From the NCBI RefSeq assembly GCF_902713615.1, contig NC_052171.1:8335209-8399208 (forward strand): DNA of 64,000 bases, written 5' to 3'. The position numbers and the translations under genes were made by a program. Below, piece by piece: positions 50,419 to 63,212 of the stretch; position 1 is the first letter of the stretch, and every line of letters starts with the position of its first letter. The stretch is from Scyliorhinus canicula (taxonomy: Eukaryota). The notes under the pieces are model-generated. The model saw only the letters and a program-made list of their open reading frames with translations, did not search any database and had not been told where the DNA came from.

Positions 50419-51387
50419 CTACGTAACGTGAATGCCGATTCCAGGGAACATCTGCCGGACCGTATTTATTGTTCCGATTAACCTTTTACATAAATCAGCG
50501 ACAAATGCGATTTTCTGTTTTAAATCCCGGACAATTCAACAGCATTGGATATCCGAAATAATATGCATATGGACCAGTATTGGAATTTTGTTGAGATAAT
50601 CATCTCTTTGAATGTTGCCCTTTCAATTGTATGATGTCCAAGCTTTCGTTTGCACATGACTTGAAAGAGTAATTTATCTGACAGGTGTGGACAAGCTAAA
50701 AAGTCAATTAGCATTCATGATTGTATTGGTTTCTAATGCTCCTCGACCTAACTGCAGAATTTGATTACAATCCTGCCTGAGTTAATTTGGACTATGTCAC
50801 ATGTTTGCCATGCGCCTGTCATTGGGAATATATTTTCATTGTGCCAGGTTTCCTGGTACTAAAATGATACGGTAGGAATTGCTTGTAATAATGGTGCATC
50901 CAGCTGACTTTTATCTCCATATCTTTCCCGTCGTAAGTTTCCAAACCAGGTGAATGGCTGCCCATATAGCGGGCTCCCTGTGAGACACGAGGTTTAAAAC
51001 ATTAAATTACTGCAGCAACCACTCGTCCCAGCCACCTTGATAAGCGTCACTGCAGAGTGATTCTATTTAGCTACTTTACACAAGAATCTTGTTGCTTCAT
51101 AACAAATACTTCCGTTACTTTTGAGCATTTCAAATGGGGTTGTCACCAGATATTGGCATCTTTTCAGAGTAGTGAGTGGCTGATGATGGAAGCTCCATTC
51201 TCTAGCAATTCGATATCATTGAAGATTGACAATACTTTGTTCATAGACATGATTTATTTTAGAAGTGCTCACAATAGCAGCTGCTCTCTGTGAAAGAGGC
51301 ACAGTCTGCAAAGAGGAAGTCATTTCAGAAGCTTCAGTGCAACTTTATAGGATCGTATTCCATATCACTTATTTTTCTTGTCCTTTT

Positions 51388-51690
51388 AATAATAATAATC
51401 TTTGTTATTGTCACAAGTCGGCTTACATTAACATTGCAGTGAAGTTACTGCGAAAACCCCCTAGTCGCCACACTGCGACGCCTGTTCGGGTACACCTGAG
51501 AGAGAATTCAGAATGTCCAATTCATCTAACAAGCACGTCTTTCGGGACGAGGAAACCGGAGCACCCGGAGGAAACCCACGCAGACGGGGAGAATGTGCAG
51601 ACTCCGCACAGACAGTGATCCAAGCGGGGAATCGAACCTGGGACCCTGGTGCTGTGAAGCAACAGTGCTAGCCACTGTGCTACCGTGCCA
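51388..51690 (-). mobile_element. V-SINE type B
   Basis: Full-length copy. Confidence 0.88.
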
Positions 51691-51719
51691 ACCTGTAGGA
51701 TTGGAGGTCGTCCGCAAGG

Positions 51720-52070
51720 CTTTTATTGCCCATCCCTAAGTGCACTTTACATGTGTGGCTTGCTAGCTAGGCCATCACAGAGGGCAGTTAGGAATCAACC
51801 ACATTGCTATGAGGTGGAGTCACATGTCACTTCCTAAAGAACATTATTGAACAAAATGGGGCGTTTCCAAAACTTGACACTGGTGTCATGGTTACCATTA
51901 CTCAGATGATCTTTTGATTCCAGATTTATTAATTTAATTTAAATCCCAACGGCTGTCATGGTGCGATTTGAACCTGTGACCCAGACCGTAACCAAGGCAT
52001 CTGGATTACTAGTCCAATGACATTACCACTGGACCAACATCCACCCCCATTACTGAAACGGTAATACCAG
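51720..52070 (-). mobile_element. SINE type E
   Basis: ttttattgcccatccctaa tail; ctggattactagtccaatgacattaccac head. Confidence 0.7.
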
Positions 52071-52524
52071 TATTTACAGACAAACGAGCGTAGCTCACAT
52101 TCATGAAAGAAACAGCATCAGTTATTGTCACAAGTCGGCTTACATTAATATTGCAATGAAATTGTGAATGTTCAAGAACATCTAATTAATACACACCTCA
52201 CGCGGTCCTTTCCCCCCTCTTATTATGATGGAAATAATCTGTATTTGTGTATTTTTTCATAATGATACCCCTATTGCAAGGATATGGAATAAATCTGGTA
52301 TCCACCAAGTGTGGATTTCAAATCACACCTCTTTCAGAATCTACATTTGTTCACTTCATAGAGGTGTTTATTCTGCCTGTACGAGAATTAGCATGCAGCC
52401 TCAAAATTCCTTTTTGCTCCAGGTGCCACCTTTTAATTGGTATGACTAGACCACAGTAACACGGAGCCATGCCAAGCCTGATGAACCTGTTCAGCAGCAT
52501 TGCTGTTCGTGATGCCAATCATTG

Positions 52525-53134
52525 TGTTATGGGCCAGGGTTCAGAAAACTCCAAAGTTTATTATGGAGTTCACCAGACCTGTAACTGTTTATTGATTTTG
52601 ACTAGGATGAGCAGAAGAGCTTGCCTTTCGGGTGTTATTCAACAGACTTCTTAGGCGCTTGTAATCCAAAAAAAAACAAGCTTTATTCCAAGAATTTAGT
52701 TAACATTTGTATAAACACACACACCGAGAATTTTTATCAACTACAAAATTAAATACCCCACACAGCTACAGTAATCTATGTATAACCCTTAATAAATTCC
52801 CCATAACTGTTCCAATTGAATAACAAGATCCCAAAAACCAAAAAAAACCTTTTAACCAAAACAGCAGGTAACTATAATCTTTGGGTTTCTTCCTTTGAAT
52901 AACTCTTTAAAATTGAAAATAGAGAGAGAAAGGCAAAAATACATCTCTGTCTGAGACTGCAGCAGCTAAAGGTGAAAGCGAAGGTGAAAACTTATAGAGC
53001 CACAAACCAGCTCCAAAATCCCAAAGCGAAAGTAAAAACTCCACAGAGCCACAGCCCGGCTCCACCCACACAGTGACATGACTGAAGCCACGTGATAAGA
53101 CAAAAACTTTTCTTAAAGAGACACTCCCATGACA
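52525..53134 (-). mobile_element. Solo LTR, family 1
   Basis: Minus strand TGTCATGGG...CCCATAACA with 4-bp TSD ATTG (52521-24, 53135-38). Confidence 0.88.
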
Positions 53135-53324
53135 ATTGCTAGTTCTCCAAATGACATTGGGCCATCACAGTAGCTCTGGCCTTCCACCCGGAAGAAGAGG
53201 CAGGCGATTGTACCACTCACTCCCCACTCAAAGGTAACATTTACCTTATGTTCCTGGGTAGGAAGTGAAAATCAGACTGGAATGTCCAGTCTGTGTCAAT
53301 ATTTATAAAACATTTATTTGGCCT

Positions 53325-53462
53325 TGCCTTGGGTGACTGTGCGGAGTCTGCACGTTCTCTCCCCGTGTCTGCGTGGGTTTCCTCCGGGTGCTCCAGTTTC
53401 CTCCCACAGTCCAAAGATGTGCAGGTTCAGTGGACTGGCCATGATAAATTGCGCCTCGGTCT
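53325..53462 (+). mobile_element. V-SINE core fragment
   Basis: gggtgactgtgcggagtctgcacg...gtccaaagatgtgcagg. Confidence 0.85.
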
Positions 53463-53489
53463 CCAAAGGTGTGCAAGTTGTTAGATGAG

Positions 53490-53670
53490 GTTGCTCACCT
53501 CATCAGTGCAGGAAATGAGGTAAGTGCAGCCTGGGCGGGGTGTTCCCGACCCAAAAAAGCGGCAAAGTCCAGTTAGATAGCGGGGTTGTTCTGGATGCTG
53601 CAGGGACTGAGATATACCCCGCTATACACACTCAAAACTGGACTCTGTTTTTTGAGCATTAAATCATGCC
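53490..53670. mobile_element. End of a putative DNA transposon; a related internal piece lies at ~55740-56160
   Basis: Shared cagtgcaggaaat.ag motif; ends in ...atcatgccc. Confidence 0.4.
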
Positions 53671-54511
53671 CATAGAGTTTGCAGATGAATAAGTTGAGTG
53701 AGTTCATAAAACTCTGGCAGTCGGAATCTAATATGGGAAAGTGCGAAGCTGCCCACTTTGGCAGGAAAAATAAAAAATCAGAATATCACTTAAATGGGGA
53801 ACAACTGCAGAATGGTGATGTGCAGTGGCACTTGGGTGTTCTAAGTCTAAGCAACTTGTTGTGCTGTTCTGTACTAATACGTCATACAAATCCACCACAC
53901 TATTTATTCTTCTGTCTCGAGAAGCACATCAGGTTCCAGGGGTGTTTTCCGTTTTCCATCGACTTGCTGCATTCAAGTCTTTCGAATTGGTTTCAGCATT
54001 CTTTCTGCGTTTCACTGGAATGAATCATATTGGGAAACTTCAGCCACAAGAGTGCAGCATTGCTGCTCATTGAAATGTAACATACTATAGTTAGCCATAT
54101 CGAGCAAATAATGTCTATTGACTCAAGTTAGCCGTTTCTGTATTTGATTTAGTTTGAAGGTGACATCCCTTGTGATGGGAAATTGGAACCGTACTATTTA
54201 ATTAAAGAATTTAATTCTTCGGGCTATTCATGACACTAATTTACCCAACTTTCTGAGGCTCTGTTCTGAAAAATTGCTGCCAGCAAGCTGAATATGAGGA
54301 GCATCAGTCTCATCTTCCAATTGACTTTGTCTGTGAGTGAATTTGGCCTTGAATTTGCTTCCATAACTGCAGTCATAATGAGGCACTTACATGATAAGAG
54401 TGCCTCGTGCTCTGTTGTGAGCTGAATTAGCTTCCTCCTGTGCTGTATAATTCCAGGATAGTCACAAGGGCCATGCGTTTTGCTGAATCTTTGCCTTCCT
54501 TTCTTCGACAG

Positions 54512-54576
54512 GGTGTCTGCCGATTGCCAGATGAAAGTGACGGCACTGATTATCCATTCAGGAGAATTGACATTAG
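54512..54576 (+). CDS. POLB: POLB exon 12 with catalytic D256 (RRIDIR)
   Basis: GVCRLPDESDGTDYPFRRIDI(R); acceptor ccttcctttcttcgacag, donor gtgagt; 65 nt. Confidence 0.97.
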
Positions 54577-54590
54577 GTGAGTGAATTGCA

Positions 54591-54930
54591 TCATGAATCA
54601 TAGAATTTACAGTGCAGAAGGAGGCCATTCGGCCCGTCGAGTCTGCACCGGCCCTTGGAAAGAGCACCCAACTTAAGCCAACACCTCCACCCTATCCCCG
54701 TAAGCCAGAAATCCCATCTCATCTTTTTGGGCACGAAGGGGCAATTTAGTATGGCCAATCCACCTAACCCGCACATCTTTGGACTGTGGGAGGAAATCGG
54801 AGCACCCGGAGGAAACCCACGCAGACACGGGGAGGACGTGCAGACTCCACACAGACGGTGACCCAAGCCGGGAATCGAACCTGGGACCCTGGAGCTGTGG
54901 AGCAACTGGGCTAATCACTGTGCTGCCGTG
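54591..54930 (-). mobile_element. V-SINE type A starting 14 nt after the POLB exon 12 donor
   Basis: Full-length copy. Confidence 0.92.
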
Positions 54931-55479
54931 GTTGAACATTCTCAAAAGTCACCCAGAATGAGGTGCAATGCCCACTTACTTTTCCTCAGCGATTTGCTTC
55001 CATAAAAACTGTTCACCTTTCCACTCTTCTTCCATCTCAGAAAGGAAGTTAGGGAGCATGTCAAATCTAAATTGACTGTAGGTTGCAGACTCTCCATCGC
55101 TGCTGGGAAATGGTGCACAGAGCAAGTTAATATAAAGGCCACATTATTCTCTATTGTCTTCTGGTAAATTCTAACCACCTGACCTTTTTTCCTCCTGTTT
55201 GTGAAGTGGCTTGGAGTGAGATATTTTTTACATTAAAATTATTCTCTGTGTGAAAGCTGATGAATAAGCTGGTGTGTCTCACTTTCTTGGCAAATAATAT
55301 GGGCTTGTTATAACTACCTGTTGATCTCTGTCCAGCATATCGTTTTGATGGTTAAATGATTGCAAGCAATAATTAATGAAGAGTGCTAATAGTCGATGTT
55401 CTTCCGATGGTTTTTGTTAGCAGAGCTTGGTTGTTTACACCTCTCTCAGATTGGATCAGTTCTGTGACCTGTGACCTCT

Positions 55480-55725
55480 TCACAGAATCCCTACAGTGCA
55501 GAAGGAGGTCATTCAGCCCATCGTGTCTGCACCAACCCTCTGAAAGAGCTCCCTACCTAGCCCTGTAACTCCACCTCACCTAACCGTTGGACACTAAGGG
55601 GCAATTTATCATGGCCAATCTACCTAACCTGCACATCTTTGGACTGTGGGAGGAAACCAGAGCACCCAGAGGAAACCCTCGCAGACACGGGGAGAACGTG
55701 CAGACTCCGCACAGACAGTCACCCA
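55480..55725 (-). mobile_element. V-SINE type A, head missing
   Basis: Tail and V core. Confidence 0.82.
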
Positions 55726-56009
55726 GCAGTCACTCATTTAAATATGTCAACGCTGACTCCTCCCGGGGCCCGGGAACTAATGGCCTTGCCTGGGAAACCT
55801 CGCCATAGCACTGGTCCACAGACCAGGTTTCCCAGGTCATTGGAGCTCCCGGGTGGTCAGGCTCTTAATGGGGTGGCACCCGGCCAACTTGGCACTTCCA
55901 GTGTGCCAGGCTGTGCCAGTTGCCTGTGCCAGGGATCGGGCCTAGGGATGTCCTGCCCTTAAGAGGTGGGGTGAAGGGAGGGCCCGAGGACCCCCATGAG
56001 GTAGAGTGG

Positions 56010-56041
<32 letters not shown>

Positions 56042-56387
56042 TCTGGTATGGTGTTGATGACGAAGGAAGTTAAAAGATGGGGTGGCATTTAAAAATGGTG
56101 CCCCGATCACTTCCTGCACTGTGATGAATGAGCTTGTCAGTGCAGGAAATAAGTGTGGCCTACAGAGAAAAATCATCTCTGTCCCTCTCTTTGTGACACT
56201 TAAATTGATGAGTTTTTCTCATTGGTTGCAGAATCAAAGGAGTTAGCCTTTCCTAACCGCCCTTCAATACCCGAATAATTTAAAAATACTGTGAAGTCTT
56301 TTAGCTTTTACACCTCCATTGGATGTAGTACTATTTCAAATTTCTCATCATAGCTATAGATTTCCATTCCTGACATCATCCTGGTGA

Positions 56388-56535
56388 ATCATAGACTTTC
56401 CAGTGCAGAAGGAGGCCATTCGGCCCATCGAGTCTGCACCAGTTCTTGGAAAGAGCACCCTACCTAAGCACACACCTCCACCCTATCCCCGTAACCCAGT
56501 AACCCCACCCAATCCAACCTTTTTGGACACTAAAG
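56388..56535 (-). mobile_element. 5'-truncated V-SINE type A tail
   Basis: Tail only. Confidence 0.8.
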
Positions 56536-56784
56536 TCTATTTTCAAGAAATCAGTCTGAACTGGATTTAAAGGCTCCTCTGAATAGTTATTTTGGACAGT
56601 GGGATAGCGATGCTGCACTTTGAGGGGAAGCTAATTTCAATGGGATAGGGATCTGGTGATAGACATACAATCCCATGGCCATTGTTTTTTTTACCTGCGC
56701 TACCTTCAAGTTTAGTTCCCATGAAATTAACATTATGATTCCAACCTAAACACCCAAATTCTGCCTGACATAGATTCTTATTTT

Positions 56785-57298
56785 TTTATAACTTTAAAGT
56801 ACAGATTATTTTTTTCCAGTTAAGGGGCAATTCACCTATCATGCACATCTTTTTGGGTTGACTGTAGCACAATGGTTAGCACAGTTACTTCATGGCTCCA
56901 GGGTCCCTGGTTCGATTCCCGGCTTCGGCCACTGTCTGTGTGAAGTTTTCACGTTTGTGCCTGCGTGGGTTTCCTCCGGGTGCTACGGTTTCCCCCCACA
57001 GTCCAAAGATGTGCAGGTTAGGTGGATTGCCCATTCTAAAATGACCTTAGTGTTCAAAAAGGTTAGGAGGGGTTTTGGGGATAAAGGGGATAGGGTGGAG
57101 GTGTGGGCAAAAGTAGGGTGCTCTTTCCAAGGGCCGGTGCAGACTCGATGGGCCGAACAGCCTCCATCTGCACTGTAAATTCTATGATACAGACATGGGG
57201 AGAATGTGCAAACTCTACACGGACCTTGACCGGCTTTGAACCCGGGTCCTTCGTGCCGTGAGGCAGCAGTGTTAACCACTGCGCCACCATGCCCCCCC
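56785..57298. mobile_element. Type A V-SINE (+, ~56858-57188) inserted inside an antisense type D V-SINE
   Basis: D tail at ~56785-56855 and D head at ~57190-57298 flank the + copy. Confidence 0.8.
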
Positions 57299-58076
57299 CC
57301 CCAAAACATAGATTCTTGCCTTGGGCCCCAAGAACTGAACGGGTGAATGCAGCCATGTTGTGATTCTGAGCTTTCCAGTTCAAGACGATATCCTAAACTT
57401 AGTTCAGACAGGAAGATTGGGCTCCGTATTCCTAGGTTAGAGTTGAAAACTTGCTAGGAGCTGCTTCTTCCTGCTGAAGAATGTGGATGAAAGGGGGGGG
57501 AAAACAGGATCTGTCTGAGTCATGATGTCCTCCCATCTGGCTTAAGGCCCTGCCAGTACTAATTATCAAGAATATGTGAACAATGGTCATTTAGTTGTGG
57601 TGCAAGCTGGCTGCTGGGGTCTATGGAATCATAATCTAGCATTAGAACTGCCTTCAGGAGAAAACGAGCGTTGGGGGGATGCAGAGAGGATGCTGAAAAG
57701 GAAGTGCATAAAACCATATTCAACCAGCTCGGAACTGATTTTATATAAATCTGGGGTTTGGGGACAAAAAAAAATGCGGACGGTCCTTCATTTAATGCCA
57801 GAATAATTAGCTATGGCTTTTCCTCTATACAATTAATAAATCCCAATTTGTGATGGTCAGGGTTGACTTGTAATTAATACATGGAAAATATAGCCAGAAC
57901 ACATTGCTCAATTGTTTCTAATTTGGCATCTGATTCTGCTTACATTGTATCTTCAAGTAGCCATTCATGTAATGGATGGATGGTGGTCTTATAATTGTGG
58001 GTCAGACCTAGTTGGAGATACTTGTGTGTGTGGCCTCTATGAGTAAAAGTATTTTTGTTTTAAAGTTTGTTTTAAG

Positions 58077-58418
58077 GGCCGCACGGTGGCACAGTAGTTA
58101 GCACTGTTGCTTCACAACTCCAGTGTCCCAGGTTCGATTCCCGGCTTGGGTCACTGTCTGTGCGGAGTCTGCACGTTCTCCCCGTGTGCGTGGGTTTCCT
58201 CCGGGTGCTCCAGTTTCCTCCCACAGTCCAAAGATGTGCAGGGTAGGTGGATTGGCCATGCTGAATTTCCCTTAGTGTCCATAAAAAGGTTAGGTGGGGT
58301 TACTGGGTTACGGGGATAGGGTGGAGGTGTGGTCTTAAGCAGGCTGCTCTTTCCGAGGGTTGGTGCAGACCCGATAGGCCGAATGACCTCTTTCTGCACT
58401 GTAAATTCAATGATTCTA
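58077..58418 (+). mobile_element. V-SINE type A
   Basis: Full-length copy. Confidence 0.9.
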
Positions 58419-59057
58419 AGTCGCCTCATATCCCCAGCTGCATTTTGGTTTATGCCAGGTGTGTTGGAGGGGGTGCCACTTGGGCCACTGGTCACAGGGC
58501 AAGGGATTTTGCATTTATTACATTTTTCAATTATTTCACAAATACGAGAAAAATTACTCTAAATAGGGAATTTATGAGAATATAAGATGGAGAGTGCCAC
58601 AGGACAGTGAGATCTGTCAGACTGAAGGGTTATCAACTGCCATCAAAGTTGCCTCGACCAGAGTTGAAACCCCAGAAGGACAAGTGAAAAACGCTGTGGG
58701 ATAAAATCCACGCATTGTTACAGTGAAGCAAGAAGACGGTCCATTACCAGCTTCTCAAAGACAACCAGTGTCGAGCAATAACAATCCACTGTGCCAACAA
58801 CATTTGAAAAGAAATGCTTGCCATCTCCATCGTGCAAAATATCTGGCTTACTCAACAATTTAATTTTATAAAATCTAAGGCCCACAACGATGTTTACCTT
58901 TTTGGACACACTTCAAGTCACCATTGAATAGGGCAGGAGGAAAAACTGCTGTATGTTTACCGATCCCCCACCCACTGTCTTGTAACTCTGAACTCCTTAC
59001 CTTCCTCAGGCTTTAAAACTCCAAACTTAGCATCGGTGGTCTTGACCTCTCTAAATT

Positions 59058-59260
59058 AATTAATTTTTTTTCCAATTAGGGGATAATTTAGTGTGGCCAA
59101 TCCACCTACCCTGCACATCTTTGGGTTGTGGGGGCGAAATCCATGCAGACACAAGGAGAATGTGCGAACTCCACAGGGACTGTGACCCAGAGCCGTGATC
59201 AAACCTGGGACCTCGGCACCGTGAGGCAGCAGTGCTAACCACTGTGCCGCCGTGCTGCCG
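59058..59260 (-). mobile_element. V-SINE type D
   Basis: Full-length copy. Confidence 0.88.
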
Positions 59261-59461
59261 TTAAATTTCAGGAAACATGAACATAACTGTCTGTTCAGTG
59301 CTTTATGAAATAATCAATATTCGGTAATTAAGTGCTTTGGTTAAAATCTCCACCTTGGTTTTTTTGTTGTTATTACTCAAGTCTATCAGTTCAGTAAATC
59401 TACCCGCATAACGTTAACCACCTTTTTATAATATCCCTTGATAAATCACTTCTAAATTTTG

Positions 59462-59810
59462 TCAATCATAAAGTCATCAATCTCTCCTCGTATGACAGTC
59501 CCGCCATCCCTGGAATCAGCCTGGTAAACCTTTGCTGCACTCCCTCGAGAGCAAGAACATCCTTCCTCAGATAAGAAGGAGACCAAAACTGCTCACGATA
59601 TTCTAGGTGTGGCCTCACCAAGGCCCTGTACAATTGCAGCAACACATCCCTGCTTCTATACTCGAAACCTCTCGCAATGATGGCCAACATCCCATTAGCC
59701 TTCTTTACCGCCTGCTGCACCTGCATGCTGACCTTCAGCGACTGGTGCACAAGGACACCTAGGCCCTGCACACTCTCTCCCCTCCCAATTTACAACTGTT
59801 CAGGTAGTAA
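59462..59810 (-). mobile_element. CR1 ORF2 C-terminal fragment
   Basis: LGVLVHQSLKVSMQVQQAVKKANGML...RPHLEY..QFWSP..RKDVLALEGVQ. Confidence 0.9.
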
Positions 59811-60117
59811 TGGGGTAGATTCAATAGGAAATCCGATTGATCATGGTGGGCCCAGAAGATCTCACAGCTTGTCGGGGAGGTAGCATGCCTCCTGCCACCA
59901 AAAAACATGCCACCTGCAGTCAGGCCAGAGAATCTTGCCCTGAGCTGCAGTGTAGTTCATTTAATTTTTATCTTCATTTGGTCATTTTCATAAACGTCTT
60001 TTATGTTATTCGTCAATTAAATCTGTTCGTACGTTTTTGGAATGCTTCTCATGAAAAGGGACTGGCCAGTTTGAATACTGACTACTCCTGGTGGGATTAC
60101 TGAAGTTCCAAAACAGT

Positions 60118-60342
60118 TCCCCACACCTCTACCCTATCCCCGTAACCCCCCGTAACCTTTTTTGGCCTCTAAGAACAATTTAGCATGGCCAGTCCACCTA
60201 ACTTGCACATCTTTGGGCTGTGGGAAGAAACCCATGCAGACACGGGGAGAACGTGCAGACTCCGCATAGATAAGTGACCCACGCCGGGAATCGAACCTGG
60301 GACCCTGGAGTTTGAAGCAACTGTGCTAACCACTGTGCTAAC
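60118..60342 (-). mobile_element. V-SINE type A, partial
   Basis: Head and V core. Confidence 0.82.
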
Positions 60343-61682
60343 CAAGCAAAACTTGGAGAAGAGGTCGAACACTGGAGAGAAATGATACGAGCAGTACAGA
60401 ATAAAAATCTAACAGACGGTTAGACGAGAGAAGAATGAAAGACGATCAACTGGATTACAGAAATGGGCAAGATATGGCGGTTCCTTTCGAGTGTAGATAC
60501 TGAGAATGGCTCAAGCATCATATTTTGTTGGCTGCTTCTGGGAGCTAACAGGGGCAACTTCAAGTGATCGGTGGGGGCAGCTTTGTGGTTAAGGTACCTC
60601 AAACAAGCCGTACAACCATAACGGAATTTACCGTCAACTTCCTTTCTGATGTAAGGTATGTTTTGCTGTTAGATGTAGCTGTCGTCTAACTGTGCGTTCT
60701 CATGCTTAATTTCCCAGCACAGGTTATCAGTTTAGATCAGCTTAGTCCGTATCATTGTGATTTATGTCTGGGTCTTTGTTTCGACCAAGTACAGTGGACC
60801 TCCCATACTCTCTACTCTTCATTGTTTAAATTCCCATCCGCACCGAGTCTCCATTTGAGGCGGACCACTTTCCTCAACCTTGCTGCAACTAACAATTTTC
60901 AATTTGGAGTAAATTAAAACCAGCTTGAGCTGCATTCAGTTTTTTTTTAAAGAGATGAAGTTTTGTCTATCGGAAGCTTGTGAGAGTCTGACCAGTATGA
61001 TTCAAAACATAGCCAATACTTGAGAGGCATTATGCTATTTTATTGAGGATTCACTTCAATTGTCAATATGAATATGGAACTGATTGATTCAGCTTTAGAT
61101 AATTTTGGCGCTTGGTCCTATTGTATCTTACCTCTATTTTGTTTTTAAATGATATGCTCGTTCCTTGGATCTGACCCATTATACAAATGCTTACTTGACC
61201 GGCCTGCCATTGTTAACATGACAATTTAGACTGCATGAAGTTAACGCTAATTGCATACAGTTTCTGGTAGCAGTTTTGAAGGGAATCACAGATAAAACCA
61301 TCGCGTGGTAATTTGTGTTCAATTGTATATCATTTTGTAAAGCTCTTGTGCCAGTAATGTGCATTTTAGCGAGTATGAGTGCTGCTCAGTTGAAACCACC
61401 ATCACGCACTAGATCATGGGGGTGGAACTTATTCCACATCAGGACCACTTCCCTTCACTTAGAATTAGTGTTGGATATATCCAGAAGGTGTTCTCTTTGT
61501 AAACTTGAGCAGCCATGGTCTAATCCTTCGTGGAGCACCCGGCCTATGTTTGTGTCGATTTTCCACAGATGTTACGATACCCTGGATATATCACTAAAAT
61601 CAGGAACTGTGGATCAACAGTTCAGAGGTACAGCTAAAGAGGATACTGCTGTGCCTCTGAAGGAAGTTCTGTTTTTTTAAAA

Positions 61683-61922
61683 GTAATAATAATCATCTTT
61701 ATTGTCACAAGTAGGCTTACATTAACACGGCAATGAAGTTACTGTGAAAATCCACTAGTCACTACATTCTGGTGCCTCTTCGGGTACACAGAGGGAGAAT
61801 TCCAATTGTCGAAATTACCTAATGGCACTTCTTTTGGGACATGTGGGAGGAAACCGGAGCACCCGGAGGAAACCCACGCAGACACAGGGAGAACGTGCAG
61901 ACTCCGCACAGACAGTGACCCA
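61683..61922 (-). mobile_element. V-SINE type B, head missing
   Basis: B tail and V core. Confidence 0.85.
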
Positions 61923-62025
61923 AGTTTTTGCTTTTTTCTGCTTTTATCAGAAATTAGACCAATTATGCCCATGCAGCTCTGACATGTTACCCAGTTTGAA
62001 TGGATTTGGGGTTCAAACAACTTAT

Positions 62026-62245
62026 GGGCAGCGCAGTGGTTAGCACTGCTGCCTCACGGCGCCGAGGTTCCATGTTCAATCTCGGCCCCGGGTCACTGTC
62101 CGTGTGGAGTTTGCACATTCTCTCCATGTCTGCGTGGGTCTCACCCCCACACAACCCAAAGGTGTGGATTGGCCACGCTAAATTGCCCCTTAATTGGGAA
62201 AAAAAATAATTGAATACTCTTTTTAAAAAATAAAAAAAAATTTTA
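62026..62245 (+). mobile_element. V-SINE type D just upstream of the exon 13 acceptor
   Basis: Head, V core, poly(A); degenerate TSD caaacaacttat / caaacatctttat. Confidence 0.85.
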
Positions 62246-62332
62246 AGGATCCAAACATCTTTATATTACTCTTATATTACCCTTATATTAGTTTGGATTG
62301 TGATTTCTCACTCTGCACTTCTCCTCTTGCAG

Positions 62333-62472
62333 GCTTATCCCAAAAGATCAGTATTTCTGTGGAGTGCTCTATTTCACTGGCAGTGATCTTTTCAACAAGA
62401 ACATGAGGACCCAGGCACTAGAGAAAGGCTTCACTTTGAACGAGTACACAATTCGCCCATTGGGAAGCACAG
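62333..62472 (+). CDS. POLB: POLB exon 13 (fingers subdomain, YFTGS motif)
   Basis: (R)[46 protein letters not shown](G); acceptor cttctcctcttgcag, donor gtaaag; 140 nt. Confidence 0.98.
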
Positions 62473-63212
62473 GTAAAGCTGGATGGTATCAGAAACCTTG
62501 GTCTTAATCACATGCTTTGACTAAATCAATAGAGGTTCCTTTGTGAAAAAAAATAGTATCGGTCAAATGCAAAGTATATATCTAGTTTTCAGTTAATCCC
62601 ATCAGATTTCTGGTAACAGATCCTGTTTCAAAAAGACTTTAAATGGAAGGACATCATTCTCACTCTGATGGGTATTTACAACCTGAGCTAATGTTGCCCC
62701 TTTACAGGAGTGCTTAGGGTTAAATCAAATCAGCTTGCCCTTTCATTGCACATAATTGGTTTGAAGAGGCTAAATAAATCCATTTTAAGATGTCACAAGT
62801 GATTTTTTAAATTTAATGTCAAACGACCATGATTAATTTGCAGAATGTGCAAAGCTTGTGATTCCTATGTGGTCATTTTGGCAAACCTATCAGTGGGCCT
62901 CACACAGCACTCAAAGCCTATCTGAGTTAGGACAGAGTTAGCCAGTGGCAGGAGCTATTTAATTATTTTGCTGTATATCGGAGTGTGTTTTCTTTTATTT
63001 AAATCGTTCATGGGCTGGGAGCATTGTTGGCGAGGCCAGTGTTGGTTGCCCATCCGTAACTGCCCCAGAGAATTGGCAGTGCACTGTCGCCTTGAACCAA
63101 AGGAGTTCAAGAAAGGAGAAAACAAGAGTTAAAATAAGGAGAAAAAGAAAATCGTTAACAAAACCTACAGTGTTGGCAATGCTGGACCTTGATATAAATT
63201 GAAATGCGTGTG

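Larger units (their letters stand above)
1..62472 (+). other. POLB: POLB gene segment (exons equivalent to human 9-13; gene extends beyond both window ends)
   Basis: Five exons splice in frame into residues ~161-305 of DNA polymerase beta; exon lengths 71/87/65/140 nt and phases match human POLB exons 10-13 as I recall them. Confidence 0.97.

Noticed and set aside
56007-56041. Long poly-G/poly-C tracts (also ~14890-14914, ~27300-27375, ~33804-33826) as G-quadruplex elements
   Set aside because: Homopolymer expansions inside repeats with uncertain assembly length; no independent support for function
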